Assembly: GCA_040382135.1 (NCBI GenBank)
Contig: JBEIGA010000003.1
Location: 1-40,657, forward strand
DNA: 40,657 nucleotides
DNA from: Acidimicrobiales bacterium
Lineage (GTDB): Bacteria; Actinomycetota; Acidimicrobiia; Acidimicrobiales; JBEIGA01
Direction of reading: 5' to 3'
Below are positions 9,177 through 17,918 of the stretch, piece by piece. A program made the translations under genes and the position numbers. Within the stretch, counting starts at the first letter, position 1. Each line of letters starts with the position of its first letter. The notes beneath the pieces were generated by a model. It was given only the letters and a program-made list of their open reading frames with translations, searched no databases and was not told the origin of the DNA.

Positions 9177-9581
9177 ATGGAACGCACCGAGACGGAAGGG
9201 GCGGACGACCGCCGAGCCCGGGGAGCGGCCACGTACCGGGCCGTGTACGGCGACGACGCCGTGGTCATCCCACCGGGCGCGTCCGACTTCTTCGACCTGA
9301 TGATCGACCAGCTCTTCGCCGAGGTCTGGAGCCGCCCGGCGCTCGACATCCCGACGCGGCGGCTCCTCGTGATGGGCGTGCTCGCCGCCCAGCACCGCTT
9401 CGACGTCCTGCAGCTCCAGTTCCGTCGTGCCCTCGACGCCGGGGAGCTCACCGTGGAGCAGGTCCGCGAGGTGGTGATCCAGCTCGTCCCGTACGTCGGC
9501 TACCCGTCGAGCGGCGACCTGTTCCGGATCGGGGAGACCGCCGTGGCCGAGCACCTCGCCGTATCGGGGTCGGCGTCGTGA
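9177..9581 (+). CDS. Carboxymuconolactone decarboxylase family protein (Rv0771-like)
   Basis: DQLFAEVWSRPALDIPTRRL, EVVIQLVPYVGYP. AGGAGGGG SD. Confidence 0.88.
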   Translation: MERTETEGADDRRARGAATYRAVYGDDAVVIPPGASDFFDLMIDQLFAEVWSRPALDIPTRRLLVMGVLAAQHRFDVLQLQFRRALDAGELTVEQVREVVIQLVPYVGYPSSGDLFRIGETAVAEHLAVSGSAS

Positions 9582-10414
9582 CCCCGACCGTCGCCTTCGT
9601 CGGACTCGGACGGATGGGCGGGCCGATGGCCGACCACGTGATCAGCGCCGGGTTCCCGACCCGGGTCTTCGACGTCGCCGCCGAGGCCGTCGCCGCACGG
9701 GTCGAGGTCGGCGGGTTCGCCGCCACCGACGCCACCGAGGCCGCACGCGACGCCGACGTGCTGTGCTGCGTCGTCTTCGACGAGGCGCAGGCCGCCACCG
9801 TGCTGGACGCCGCCCTGCCGGTCCTCGCGCCGGGTGCCGTGGTCACCCTCCACACCACCGTCTCGGTCGACGGGGTGCGGGTGCTCGCCGAGCGGGCCGC
9901 CGCACACGGCGTCGTGCTGCTCGACGCCGGGATCAGCGGAGGCGAGACCGGAGCACGCGCCGGCACCCTGCTGAGCCTCGTGGGCGGTCCCGACGAGGCG
10001 GTCGAACGCGTCCGCCCGGTGCTCGCCATGTTCTCGAAGGAGGTCGTGCACGCCGGGCCGCTCGGCGCCGGCATGGCCCTGAAGCTGGCGCGGAACCTGG
10101 TCGGCTACGCGGCGATGGCGGCGGTGCACGAGGCCTCGGAGCTGGCCCACCGCGCGGGCGTGGGCACCGACGTGCTCCGCCACGTGCTCGTGGAGACCTC
10201 GGCGCTGGAGCAGGGCCTGAGCACCCTCGTCTTCGGCGGCCCGGAGCCGCTGCCCGCGGACGACACCTCACCGTTGCGCGGGGTGCTCGCCCACACCCTG
10301 CAGCTCGCCGAGAAGGACCTGGACCAGGCCCTCGCCCTCGCCGAGGCGCAGGGTGCCCCCACGCCGGTCACCGCCGAGACGCGGCGCAGCTTCCACCGCG
10401 CCGTCCGGCTCTGA
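9578..10414 (+). CDS. NAD(P)-dependent beta-hydroxyacid dehydrogenase family protein (Rv0770-like)
   Basis: FVGLGRMGGPMA, DAGISGG, catalytic Lys in ALKLARN, EKDL. GTGA overlap with the upstream gene. Confidence 0.9.
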   Translation: MTPTVAFVGLGRMGGPMADHVISAGFPTRVFDVAAEAVAARVEVGGFAATDATEAARDADVLCCVVFDEAQAATVLDAALPVLAPGAVVTLHTTVSVDGVRVLAERAAAHGVVLLDAGISGGETGARAGTLLSLVGGPDEAVERVRPVLAMFSKEVVHAGPLGAGMALKLARNLVGYAAMAAVHEASELAHRAGVGTDVLRHVLVETSALEQGLSTLVFGGPEPLPADDTSPLRGVLAHTLQLAEKDLDQALALAEAQGAPTPVTAETRRSFHRAVRL

Positions 10415-10418
10415 CCGC

Positions 10419-11147
10419 TCAGGCGGCCGGGCGCACCGGGAGCTGCAACAGCGCGAGCCGTACCCCGTCGGCGCACGCCGCCACCGCGGCCGTCTCGCCC
10501 GGAGCGACGAACCGCAGCGCGCCCACGCCGAGCGGCACCCCGTCGTCGTCGAGCACCGAGCCGTCGATCACCACCAGGTAGGCGCCGTCGCCCTCGGCGG
10601 CCACCACGGTGGTGGTGCCCGCAGGGACGTCGACCGCCTCGATCCGCAGACCGTCGGGATCGGCCCGGTCCGTACCACGGCCGTGGACGCCCGTCGCCAC
10701 CCCGGCCAGGTCGGCCATCAGGTTGCGCCGGTCGGCCGGACGGCGACCGGCGGGATCGTCGGCGAGTGCGGCCGCCAGCCGCTCGGCGTTGCCGGGCATG
10801 AAGAACGCGCCGGCAGCGGCCACGGACCGCATCGTGAGGAACTCGATCCCGTCCGGACCGGGCTCGATGGGCCCGTACGGCGTGTTCCGGTCGGCGTAGT
10901 GCACGCTGCCGATGACCACGGCATGCCCTCCCAGGCGACCCCCGCCCCGGGTGACGACCTGGAACTGGTCCGTGGCGTGGAAGTGCGCACCGAGGGTCTG
11001 GCCGGCCGGATACCACGCCGAGAACGCCTGGGGCGACCGGTCGGCGTAGTCGGGCGGGAGGACCTCGCCGCGTGGCGCCCACCCCACGTAGGCCACCGTG
11101 TCGACCCGGTCGAGGACCGGTTCCTCCCATGCGATCCAACCCGACAT
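10419..11147 (-). CDS. Uncharacterised bicupin-like protein, 242 aa
   Basis: AHFHATDQFQVVTRG cupin motif 1 and VHYADRNTPYGPI motif 2. A second degenerate cupin follows (YLVVIDGSV...FVAPGE). The ORF fills the gap between two real genes. Confidence 0.7.
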   Translation of the reverse strand: MSGWIAWEEPVLDRVDTVAYVGWAPRGEVLPPDYADRSPQAFSAWYPAGQTLGAHFHATDQFQVVTRGGGRLGGHAVVIGSVHYADRNTPYGPIEPGPDGIEFLTMRSVAAAGAFFMPGNAERLAAALADDPAGRRPADRRNLMADLAGVATGVHGRGTDRADPDGLRIEAVDVPAGTTTVVAAEGDGAYLVVIDGSVLDDDGVPLGVGALRFVAPGETAAVAACADGVRLALLQLPVRPAA

Positions 11148-11210
11148 CGTCACGCCCCCTGCCCGCCGCGATCCTGCACGTGCGGGCACCCCAACCGTAC
11201 GCTGTCGGCC

Positions 11211-12944
11211 ATGTTCGATCTCAAGATCACCGGGGGCACGATCGTCGACGGCACGGGCCGGCCCCGCTTCGTGGGAGACGTCGCCATCACCGACGGCGTC
11301 ATCGTCGCGGTCGGCACCTCCGTCGACGGCGACGCGCGGGAGGTCATCGACGCCACCGGGCTGCTCGTGACGCCCGGCTTCGTGGACATCCACACCCACT
11401 ACGACGGTCAGGCCACCTGGGACCCCGTCCTCGATCCGTCGGCGAGCCACGGCGTCACCACCATCGTGGCCGGCAACTGCGGCGTCGGCTTCGCCCCCGT
11501 CCGCCCCGGCCAGGAGTCCTGGCTCGTGGAGCTGATGGAGGGCGTGGAGGACATCCCCGGCACCGCCCTGCACGAGGGCATCCAGTGGGAATGGGAGACC
11601 TTCCCCGAGTACCTCGACGCCCTCGGCCGCCGGGAGTACGCCCTCGACGTCGCCGCGTTCATGCCCCACGCGCCGCTGCGCGTGTACGTCATGGGCGAGC
11701 GGGGTGCGAACAACGAGGACGCCACCCCCGAGGACATCGCCGAGATGGCGCGCCTGGTCCGCGAGGGCATCGAGGCCGGCGCCGTCGGGTTCTCCACCTC
11801 CCGGTCGCTGAACCACAAGTCGCTCGACGGCGAGCTGGTGCCCGGCACCTTCGCCGGCGCCGACGAGCTCACCGGGCTCGCGAGGGCGGTGGTCGAGGCC
11901 GGCGGCGGCCTCTTCGAGGTCGTCCCGATGGGCGAGACCGGCGCCGACCGCGACATGACCCTCGGCGAGATCTCCCTCATGGCCGACGTCTCCCGGGCCA
12001 CCGGGCTGCCGGTCTCGTTCCTGATGATCCAGTCCATGGGCGCCCCCGACCTGTGGCGGGAGCAGCTCGGGCTCGTGGCCAAGGAGAACGCTGCCGGGGC
12101 GAAGCTCGTCCCCCAGGTCGGCGCCCGGCCCGGCGGCATGCTGCTCGGCGCCGCCAGCTACCACGCGCTCATGCGTCGCCCGACGCTGCGCCGCCTCGAG
12201 GAGACGCTGCCGCTCGAGGCGTTCCTCGCCGAGCTCCGCAAGCCCGAGGTGAAGGCGGCGATCCTCGCCGAGGAGAACCTGCCGCCGGACCCGCACCGGC
12301 AGTTCGAGGGGCTCTGCGACAACGCGCCGTACATGTGGCACCTGGTCTTCCCACTCGGCGACGAGCCCGATTACGAGCCGGCGCCGGAGCAGTCCATCGC
12401 GGGCATCGCCGCCGCCACCGGCCGCGACCCCTTCGAGGTCTTCTACGACCACCTCGCCGCCGGCGAGCTGCTGCTCGGGGCGTTCACCAACTACCCCCAG
12501 ATCACCGGCGACCCGCTGGCGGAGATGATCGCCCACCCCGACACCGTCGTCGGTCTCTCCGACGGCGGCGCCCACGTGAAGATGATCTGCGACGCCTCCG
12601 TTCCCACCTACCTGCTCACCCACTGGGCCCGCGACCGCTCCCGCGGCGAGACGCTGCCGCTCGAGACGGTGGTCCGCAAGCAGACGGCGGGCACGGCCGC
12701 GGTGGTCGGCCTCACCGACCGGGGCACGATCGAGGTCGGCAAGCGCGCCGACCTGAACGTGATCGACTTCGACCACCTGACCCTGCACGGTCCGCGCTCG
12801 GTGGACGACCTGCCCGCAGGCGGCCGCCGCATCCTGCAGGACGCCACCGGCTATGTGGCCACCATCGTGCGCGGGGTCGTCACCCGACGCAACGGCCAGG
12901 ACACCGGCGCCCGCCCGGGCCGCCTGGTCCGCGCCCGCCACTGA
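11211..12944 (+). CDS. Amidohydrolase, N-acyl-D-amino-acid deacylase family, 577 aa
   Basis: ITGGTIVDGTG, PGFVDIHTHYD, GNCG, LSDGGAH, DRGTIEVGKRADLNVID. Leaderless TACGCT-N7-ATG. Confidence 0.93.
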   Translation: MFDLKITGGTIVDGTGRPRFVGDVAITDGVIVAVGTSVDGDAREVIDATGLLVTPGFVDIHTHYDGQATWDPVLDPSASHGVTTIVAGNCGVGFAPVRPGQESWLVELMEGVEDIPGTALHEGIQWEWETFPEYLDALGRREYALDVAAFMPHAPLRVYVMGERGANNEDATPEDIAEMARLVREGIEAGAVGFSTSRSLNHKSLDGELVPGTFAGADELTGLARAVVEAGGGLFEVVPMGETGADRDMTLGEISLMADVSRATGLPVSFLMIQSMGAPDLWREQLGLVAKENAAGAKLVPQVGARPGGMLLGAASYHALMRRPTLRRLEETLPLEAFLAELRKPEVKAAILAEENLPPDPHRQFEGLCDNAPYMWHLVFPLGDEPDYEPAPEQSIAGIAAATGRDPFEVFYDHLAAGELLLGAFTNYPQITGDPLAEMIAHPDTVVGLSDGGAHVKMICDASVPTYLLTHWARDRSRGETLPLETVVRKQTAGTAAVVGLTDRGTIEVGKRADLNVIDFDHLTLHGPRSVDDLPAGGRRILQDATGYVATIVRGVVTRRNGQDTGARPGRLVRARH

Positions 12945-12973
12945 CCCCCGCTCTCCCCCCTCCCCCCTCCCGA

Positions 12974-13019
12974 TTCGGCGTTGGATCTGCACCCCCCGGG
13001 GTCAGATCCAACGCCAGAA
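12974..13019. repeat. Palindromic hairpin between convergent genes (REP-like element or bidirectional terminator)
   Basis: GGCGTTGGATCTG (12977-12989) pairs perfectly with CAGATCCAACGCC (13003-13015). Inner ACCCC/GGGGT and outer TTC/GAA extend the stem, with C-rich and G-rich flanks. Confidence 0.7.
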
Positions 13020-13037
13020 CGAAAATGGGGGGGCTCC

Positions 13038-14168
13038 TCAGGCGGGGTACGGGTCGAGGAAGCCGGTGAAGCCGTAGCGCTTGTGGGGGCCGATGCAGAT
13101 CTGCTCGAGGACGCCGTAGCCGACCTCGTCGCCGCAGCGCGCCCGGACGATCTGCTGGATGTGCTGGTTCTCGAGCGCCATGGGGTCGACCTCGTCGACC
13201 TTCCAGCTCTCACCGCCGATGGCGAGCTCGCCCTTCCACATGCCGTGGCCCCACTCCGGGTGGCTGTAGCCGATCCCCTTCATGCGGAAGCAGAGCACGG
13301 CCTCGAGCTCGATGCGCTCCTCCCGGCCGTCGCTGTGCCGCATGGTGACGACGGCCGAGCTCGCCCGGCGGGTGCCGGGGATGTAGGTGATGTCGTGGGC
13401 GACCCCGACGAGCTGCTCGGTGGCGGGGTCCTCGGTGCCGGGGATGTCGGACGGGTCGTCGTAGGCCGGGGTGATGAGCCCGTCCCAGTGCCACATGTTG
13501 GCGTCGCGGTCCTCGAAGATCCCGACGTGGGTGCAGCGGTCCTTCCAGTGGATCGGCGCCCAGAGGAAGAACGCGGAGGTGGCCGACGGCGGGGCGGGCG
13601 CGAGTCCCTGGTCCGGGGCGCCGACGGGTCGGACGCCCCAGCTGCGGTCCTTCAGACCGAACACCCGGGTCGAGTCGACCTCCACGTGCTGGTCGGCGTA
13701 GCGGATCCAGCCCTGCCAGCGGCCGTACTGGGCGAACCGGGTGACGTCCATGATCATCCGCGGGCCGCGGTGGGTGGCCTGACGGCCCTCCTGCAGCGCA
13801 GAGCTCCGGGCGGTGAAGACGAGGTCCGCGCTGATGCCGGTCTCGTTCTCCTCGAGCCGGAACCGCAGGGTCTTCATGGGCTCGAGGATCTCGATGTGGA
13901 ACGGGCCGATGTCGACCTCGGTCGGCTCCAGGCCGAGGCGCTTGGAGCAGTGGAAGGCGTGCTGCTCGCCGTTGCGGACGATGGAGAAGCCGCCGTCCAT
14001 GATCCCGAGGTTGGGGTACACGGCGCTGCCGATGCCGAAGTAGAACTCGCCGTCGTCCTGGTGGCCGTTGAACCAGTAGCGGTCGTAGGCGTTGCGGTCG
14101 CCGGTCGCCGGGTGGGCGATCGGCATGGCGATCTGGTGGATCGGGTAGTCGTCGAACTTCGTCAGCAC
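13038..14168 (-). CDS. Conserved hypothetical protein (Rv3169-like, probable beta-barrel fold), 376 aa
   Basis: DDYPIHQ, DRNAYDRYWFN, VYPNLG, RFAQYGRWQG, KDRSWGVRPVG match the Rv3169-type family as recalled. GTG at 14168 with an AGGGGG SD. Confidence 0.8.
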   Translation of the reverse strand: MLTKFDDYPIHQIAMPIAHPATGDRNAYDRYWFNGHQDDGEFYFGIGSAVYPNLGIMDGGFSIVRNGEQHAFHCSKRLGLEPTEVDIGPFHIEILEPMKTLRFRLEENETGISADLVFTARSSALQEGRQATHRGPRMIMDVTRFAQYGRWQGWIRYADQHVEVDSTRVFGLKDRSWGVRPVGAPDQGLAPAPPSATSAFFLWAPIHWKDRCTHVGIFEDRDANMWHWDGLITPAYDDPSDIPGTEDPATEQLVGVAHDITYIPGTRRASSAVVTMRHSDGREERIELEAVLCFRMKGIGYSHPEWGHGMWKGELAIGGESWKVDEVDPMALENQHIQQIVRARCGDEVGYGVLEQICIGPHKRYGFTGFLDPYPA

Positions 14169-14169
14169 C

Positions 14170-14254
14170 GGGCGTCCCCCTGGTCGTCGGCCGGGACCCG
14201 ATCCTACGACGGCGTCCGTCCTAGGATCGCCGCCGGGATCGAAGGGGGACGCCC
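14170..14254. promoter_or_regulatory. Mirror-symmetric divergent promoter/RBS region
   Basis: 31-bp palindrome at 14199-14229 (one mismatch) carrying TAGGAT on both strands. AGGGGGACGCCC precedes both start codons (14170-14181 minus, 14243-14254 plus). Confidence 0.7.
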
Positions 14255-15088
14255 ATGGCCGTGATCGAGCCGGACACCGGGACGCTGCGGGTGGCGAGGG
14301 CGTCGGGGGCGCTGGGCGCCGTCGTCGAGGGCGTCGACCTGCGCGCCGCCGACGACGCGCTCGCCGCCCAGCTGTGCACCCTCCTCCTGGAGCACCTGGT
14401 GATCGTGCTGCCCGGCCAGGCGGCGCTGACCGACGAGGAACAGGTCGCGCTGATGCTGCGGTTCGGGGACCCGTACATCCACCCGATCGCCCGGGCGATG
14501 GGCCACGACGTGTTCCGGGCCGGGCACATCGTCGACGACGTCGACCACCCACCGTTCCAGGACCAGTACCACACCGACGTCAGCTGGGACCCCGAGCCCC
14601 CCACCTGGGGCTGCCTCCGCATGATCGAGCGGCCTCCTGCAGGCGGCGACACCATGTTCTCGAACATGTACGCCGCCTACGACGCGCTGAGCCCGGCCAT
14701 GCAGCGGGCACTCGAAGGCCTCACCGCCTGGCACGACCCGGGCGAGGGCAAGGCCTTCCGGGCCAAGTCCGGCGACGCCGCCACCGACGCCGCCGAGCAG
14801 CTCGTCCCCGGCGCGAGCCACCCCGTCGTGCAGACCCACCCGGAGACCGGCCGCCCGTTCCTGTACGTGAACCGCGGCTTCACCCGCCGCATCGAGCAGT
14901 TCACGCCGGCGGAGAGCAGGGCGGTGCTCGACCTGCTGTTCGCCCACACCGAGCACCCGAACTTCCAGATGCGCTGGACGTGGTCGGTCGGCGACGTCGT
15001 CATCTGGGACGAGCGCTGCACCCACCACTTCGCCGTGGCCGACTACTACCCCGCACGCCGCGAGGTCGCCCGCGTCAACGTCCGGTAG
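14255..15088 (+). CDS. TauD/AtsK-family Fe(II)/2-oxoglutarate dioxygenase (copy 1)
   Basis: LGAVVEGVDL, YHTD (HxD), GGDTMF, HPVVQTHPETGR, WDERCTHH, terminal Arg motif. Confidence 0.93.
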   Translation: MAVIEPDTGTLRVARASGALGAVVEGVDLRAADDALAAQLCTLLLEHLVIVLPGQAALTDEEQVALMLRFGDPYIHPIARAMGHDVFRAGHIVDDVDHPPFQDQYHTDVSWDPEPPTWGCLRMIERPPAGGDTMFSNMYAAYDALSPAMQRALEGLTAWHDPGEGKAFRAKSGDAATDAAEQLVPGASHPVVQTHPETGRPFLYVNRGFTRRIEQFTPAESRAVLDLLFAHTEHPNFQMRWTWSVGDVVIWDERCTHHFAVADYYPARREVARVNVR

Positions 15089-15103
15089 GCGCCCCCGGAT
15101 CCG

Positions 15104-16093
15104 TCAGAGCCCAGGGACCACCAGCACCTTGCGCTCGTCGGAGGCGTGGGCGACGAGACGGGTGAACGCGTCGCCGACCCCGTCGAGGCCGATGCGCGTG
15201 GTCACGAACGAGTCCGCCGGGAAGGAGCCGTCGGCCAGCACGGCGGCCGCGGCCGCGAACTCGCGCAGCCGGTAGAAGACCGTGAAGCGCATCTCGAGCT
15301 CCTTCATCACGGCGGTGATCGGCACCACCGGGTCCGGTGCGGTGCACACCCCGGCCACCACCACCCGTCCGTGGAGCGCCGCAGCGTCGATCGAGGCCTG
15401 CAGCATCCCGGGGATGCCCACGCACTCGAACACCACGTCGAAGCCGGTGGGCAGCGGGGCCTCCGTGGGGTCGTGGACATCGGTGGCGCCGAACAGCCCG
15501 GCACCCGCCCGCCGACGCCCGTCCGGGTCGCTGACCACCACCTCACCGGCGCCGACCCGCCGGGCCCAGTAGGCGACCGCGGCACCGACGTTGCCGCCGC
15601 CGATCACCGCCACCCGGTCGCCGTGGCGGATCCCGGCGGCGGCGACCGAGTGGAGACCCACGGCGAGCGGCTCGACCAGGGCCCCGAACCCGCCGACGTC
15701 GGCCGGCAGGCGGACGCTGGTCGCCGGGTCGACCCGGACGTACTCGGCGAACCCGCCGCTCGGACCGCCGAGGCCGACCATCACCAGGCGCTCGCAGTGG
15801 GCGACGTCGTCGTCCTGGCACCAGCGGCACCGGCCGCACACCATGAGCGGCATCGCCGCGACGAGCTGGCCCTCCCGCCACGAGCCGTCGACCCCGGCGC
15901 CGAGGCCGACGATCTCGCCGCAGAACTCGTGGCCGAGCACGGCACCGACCGGCATGTGGGTGTGGGCCTTGAGGTCCGAGCCGCAGATGCCGCACGCCTC
16001 GACGCGCAGCAGCAGCTCGCCGGGCCCGGGCGAGGGGTCGGGGACGTCGACGACCTCGAAGCCGTGGGTCTCGGTGAGGGCGGCAGCGCGCAT
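15104..16093 (-). CDS. Zn-dependent alcohol dehydrogenase (threonine/butanediol DH-like)
   Basis: CGICGSD, LGHEFCG, CGRCRWC...C, VEPLAVG, GGGNVG. ATG at 16093 lies 1 nt after the stop of the upstream gene. Confidence 0.92.
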   Translation of the reverse strand: MRAAALTETHGFEVVDVPDPSPGPGELLLRVEACGICGSDLKAHTHMPVGAVLGHEFCGEIVGLGAGVDGSWREGQLVAAMPLMVCGRCRWCQDDDVAHCERLVMVGLGGPSGGFAEYVRVDPATSVRLPADVGGFGALVEPLAVGLHSVAAAGIRHGDRVAVIGGGNVGAAVAYWARRVGAGEVVVSDPDGRRRAGAGLFGATDVHDPTEAPLPTGFDVVFECVGIPGMLQASIDAAALHGRVVVAGVCTAPDPVVPITAVMKELEMRFTVFYRLREFAAAAAVLADGSFPADSFVTTRIGLDGVGDAFTRLVAHASDERKVLVVPGL

Positions 16094-16094
16094 G

Positions 16095-16895
16095 TCAGGC
16101 CTCCGGGGCGGAGCTGGGCTCGTGGATGGTGACGCGGTGCAGCACCCGCTCGGCGGTGCCGTAGTCGTTGACCGCGTAGTGCATGGTGCACCGGTTGTCC
16201 CAGAGGGCGGCGTCTCCAGGACTCCAGGTCCACCGGACGCAGAGCTCCGGTCGCTCGGCGTGCTCGTACAAGAGGTGCAGCAGGTTCCGGCTCTCGATGT
16301 GGGTGAGCCCGACGATGCTCGCGGTCCAGCCACGGTTGACGAACAGCGCCCGTCGGCCGGTGCCCGGGTGGGTGACCACGACCGGGTGGGTGCTCGACCC
16401 GGTGAGCCCCGGCCGTCCGTGGACGGCGTCGAGCCCGTCGACGAGGGACCGCAGCGGCGGGCTGAGCGTCTCGTACGCCAGGTACTGGTTCGACCAGATC
16501 GTGTCGCCGCCCTTGGACGGGCAGACCTGCATCGAGAGCAGCGAGCCGATCGGTGGGTGCTCCGCGAAGGTCACGTCCGTGTGCCACATGTCGGCGCGGT
16601 TCTCCCGGCGCGACCCGTCGAGCACGAGCACCTCGCCATTGGGCCCGCGCACCTCCTGCCGGGCCCTGCGTCCGTCCTCGTCGCCCGTCGTGGTGGCCGC
16701 GAGCCGACCGAACACCGAACCGAGCGCGATGTGCTCCTCCTCGGACAGGTGGATGCCCGGGAAGAACAGCACGAGGTTCTCGTACCAGGCCGCTCGCAGC
16801 TGCTCCACGGCCGCCGCGTCCAGACCGGCACCGACGTCGAGCCCTTCGACGACGGCGCCGAGCGCCTGCGGCAACGGCGTGACGGTGATCGGCAT
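16095..16895 (-). CDS. TauD/AtsK-family dioxygenase (copy 2)
   Basis: WHTDVTF, GGDTIWSN, HPVVVTHPGTGR, WDNRCTMH, RVLHRVTI. Confidence 0.93.
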   Translation of the reverse strand: MPITVTPLPQALGAVVEGLDVGAGLDAAAVEQLRAAWYENLVLFFPGIHLSEEEHIALGSVFGRLAATTTGDEDGRRARQEVRGPNGEVLVLDGSRRENRADMWHTDVTFAEHPPIGSLLSMQVCPSKGGDTIWSNQYLAYETLSPPLRSLVDGLDAVHGRPGLTGSSTHPVVVTHPGTGRRALFVNRGWTASIVGLTHIESRNLLHLLYEHAERPELCVRWTWSPGDAALWDNRCTMHYAVNDYGTAERVLHRVTIHEPSSAPEA

Positions 16896-16991
16896 GCAGC
16901 TCCCCCGGTTCGAGTGACCCGATGGTAGGCACCGCGCCCCGTGGTCCGGGCCACCGGACGAACGGACCGGACGTGCCTAGGATCCCGGCCC

Positions 16992-17918
16992 ATGACAGAC
17001 GTCCGACCAGGGCACGTCGAGCTCCACGGTCTCACCAAGCGCTTCGGTGACAAGCTCGCGCTCGACCACGCCTCCTTCGTGATCGAACCCGGCAAGGTGA
17101 CGGGCCTGCTCGGCCCGAACGGCGCCGGCAAGTCCACGCTCATGCAGCTGATGATGGGGCTCACCTCGGGCGAAGGCACGGCCCGCTTCGGCGGCAGCGC
17201 CTACGCCGACCTCGACCGCCCCGGTCGCACGGTCGGCGCCATGCTGGACCCGAACTGCATGCACCCCAAGCGCTCCGCCAGGAACCACCTCGTGATGCTC
17301 GCCGCCGGCATCGGCGTGAGCAGGGAACGGGTCGAGGACGTGCTGCGCATCGTCGGCCTGCAGGACGTCGCCACGAAGAAGGCCGGGGAGTTCTCCCTGG
17401 GGATGCGCCAGCGTCTCGGCCTCGCCTCGGCGCTCCTCGGCGACCCCGAGTTCCTGATGCTCGACGAGCCGGCCAACGGCCTCGACCCCCAGGGCGTCGC
17501 CTGGCTCCGGCAGTTCCTCCGCACCTTCGCCGCCTCCGGCCGCTCGGTGCTCGTGAGCAGCCACCTCCTCGCCGAGATGCAGATGCTGGTCGACCACGTC
17601 GTCGTCATCGCCAGGGGACGCATCGTCGCCGACGAGCCGATGGGTGCCTTCCTCACCCGCCACTCGAGCGACCAGGTGCGGGTGCGCGCCGCGGACCGCA
17701 CCGCCCTCACGGAGGCGCTGCGGGCCGCGGGCTACACCGTCGACGACGAGGACGACCTCCTCAGGGTGACCGCCACCGATCCCGCAGCGGTCGGCCGCGC
17801 CGCCTTCGCCGCCGGCATCCCCGTCGCCGAGCTCTACCGCGAGGACGCCAGCCTCGAAGCCGTCTTCCTCGAGCTCACCAGCGGCGAGGACGAGTACGCC
17901 GGATCGCAGGTGGCGTGA
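16992..17918 (+). CDS. ABC-2 type exporter ATP-binding subunit
   Basis: Walker A GPNGAGKS, signature FSLGMRQ, Walker B LMLDEP, H-loop SSH. Leaderless TAGGAT-N8-ATG. Confidence 0.95.
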   Translation: MTDVRPGHVELHGLTKRFGDKLALDHASFVIEPGKVTGLLGPNGAGKSTLMQLMMGLTSGEGTARFGGSAYADLDRPGRTVGAMLDPNCMHPKRSARNHLVMLAAGIGVSRERVEDVLRIVGLQDVATKKAGEFSLGMRQRLGLASALLGDPEFLMLDEPANGLDPQGVAWLRQFLRTFAASGRSVLVSSHLLAEMQMLVDHVVVIARGRIVADEPMGAFLTRHSSDQVRVRAADRTALTEALRAAGYTVDDEDDLLRVTATDPAAVGRAAFAAGIPVAELYREDASLEAVFLELTSGEDEYAGSQVA

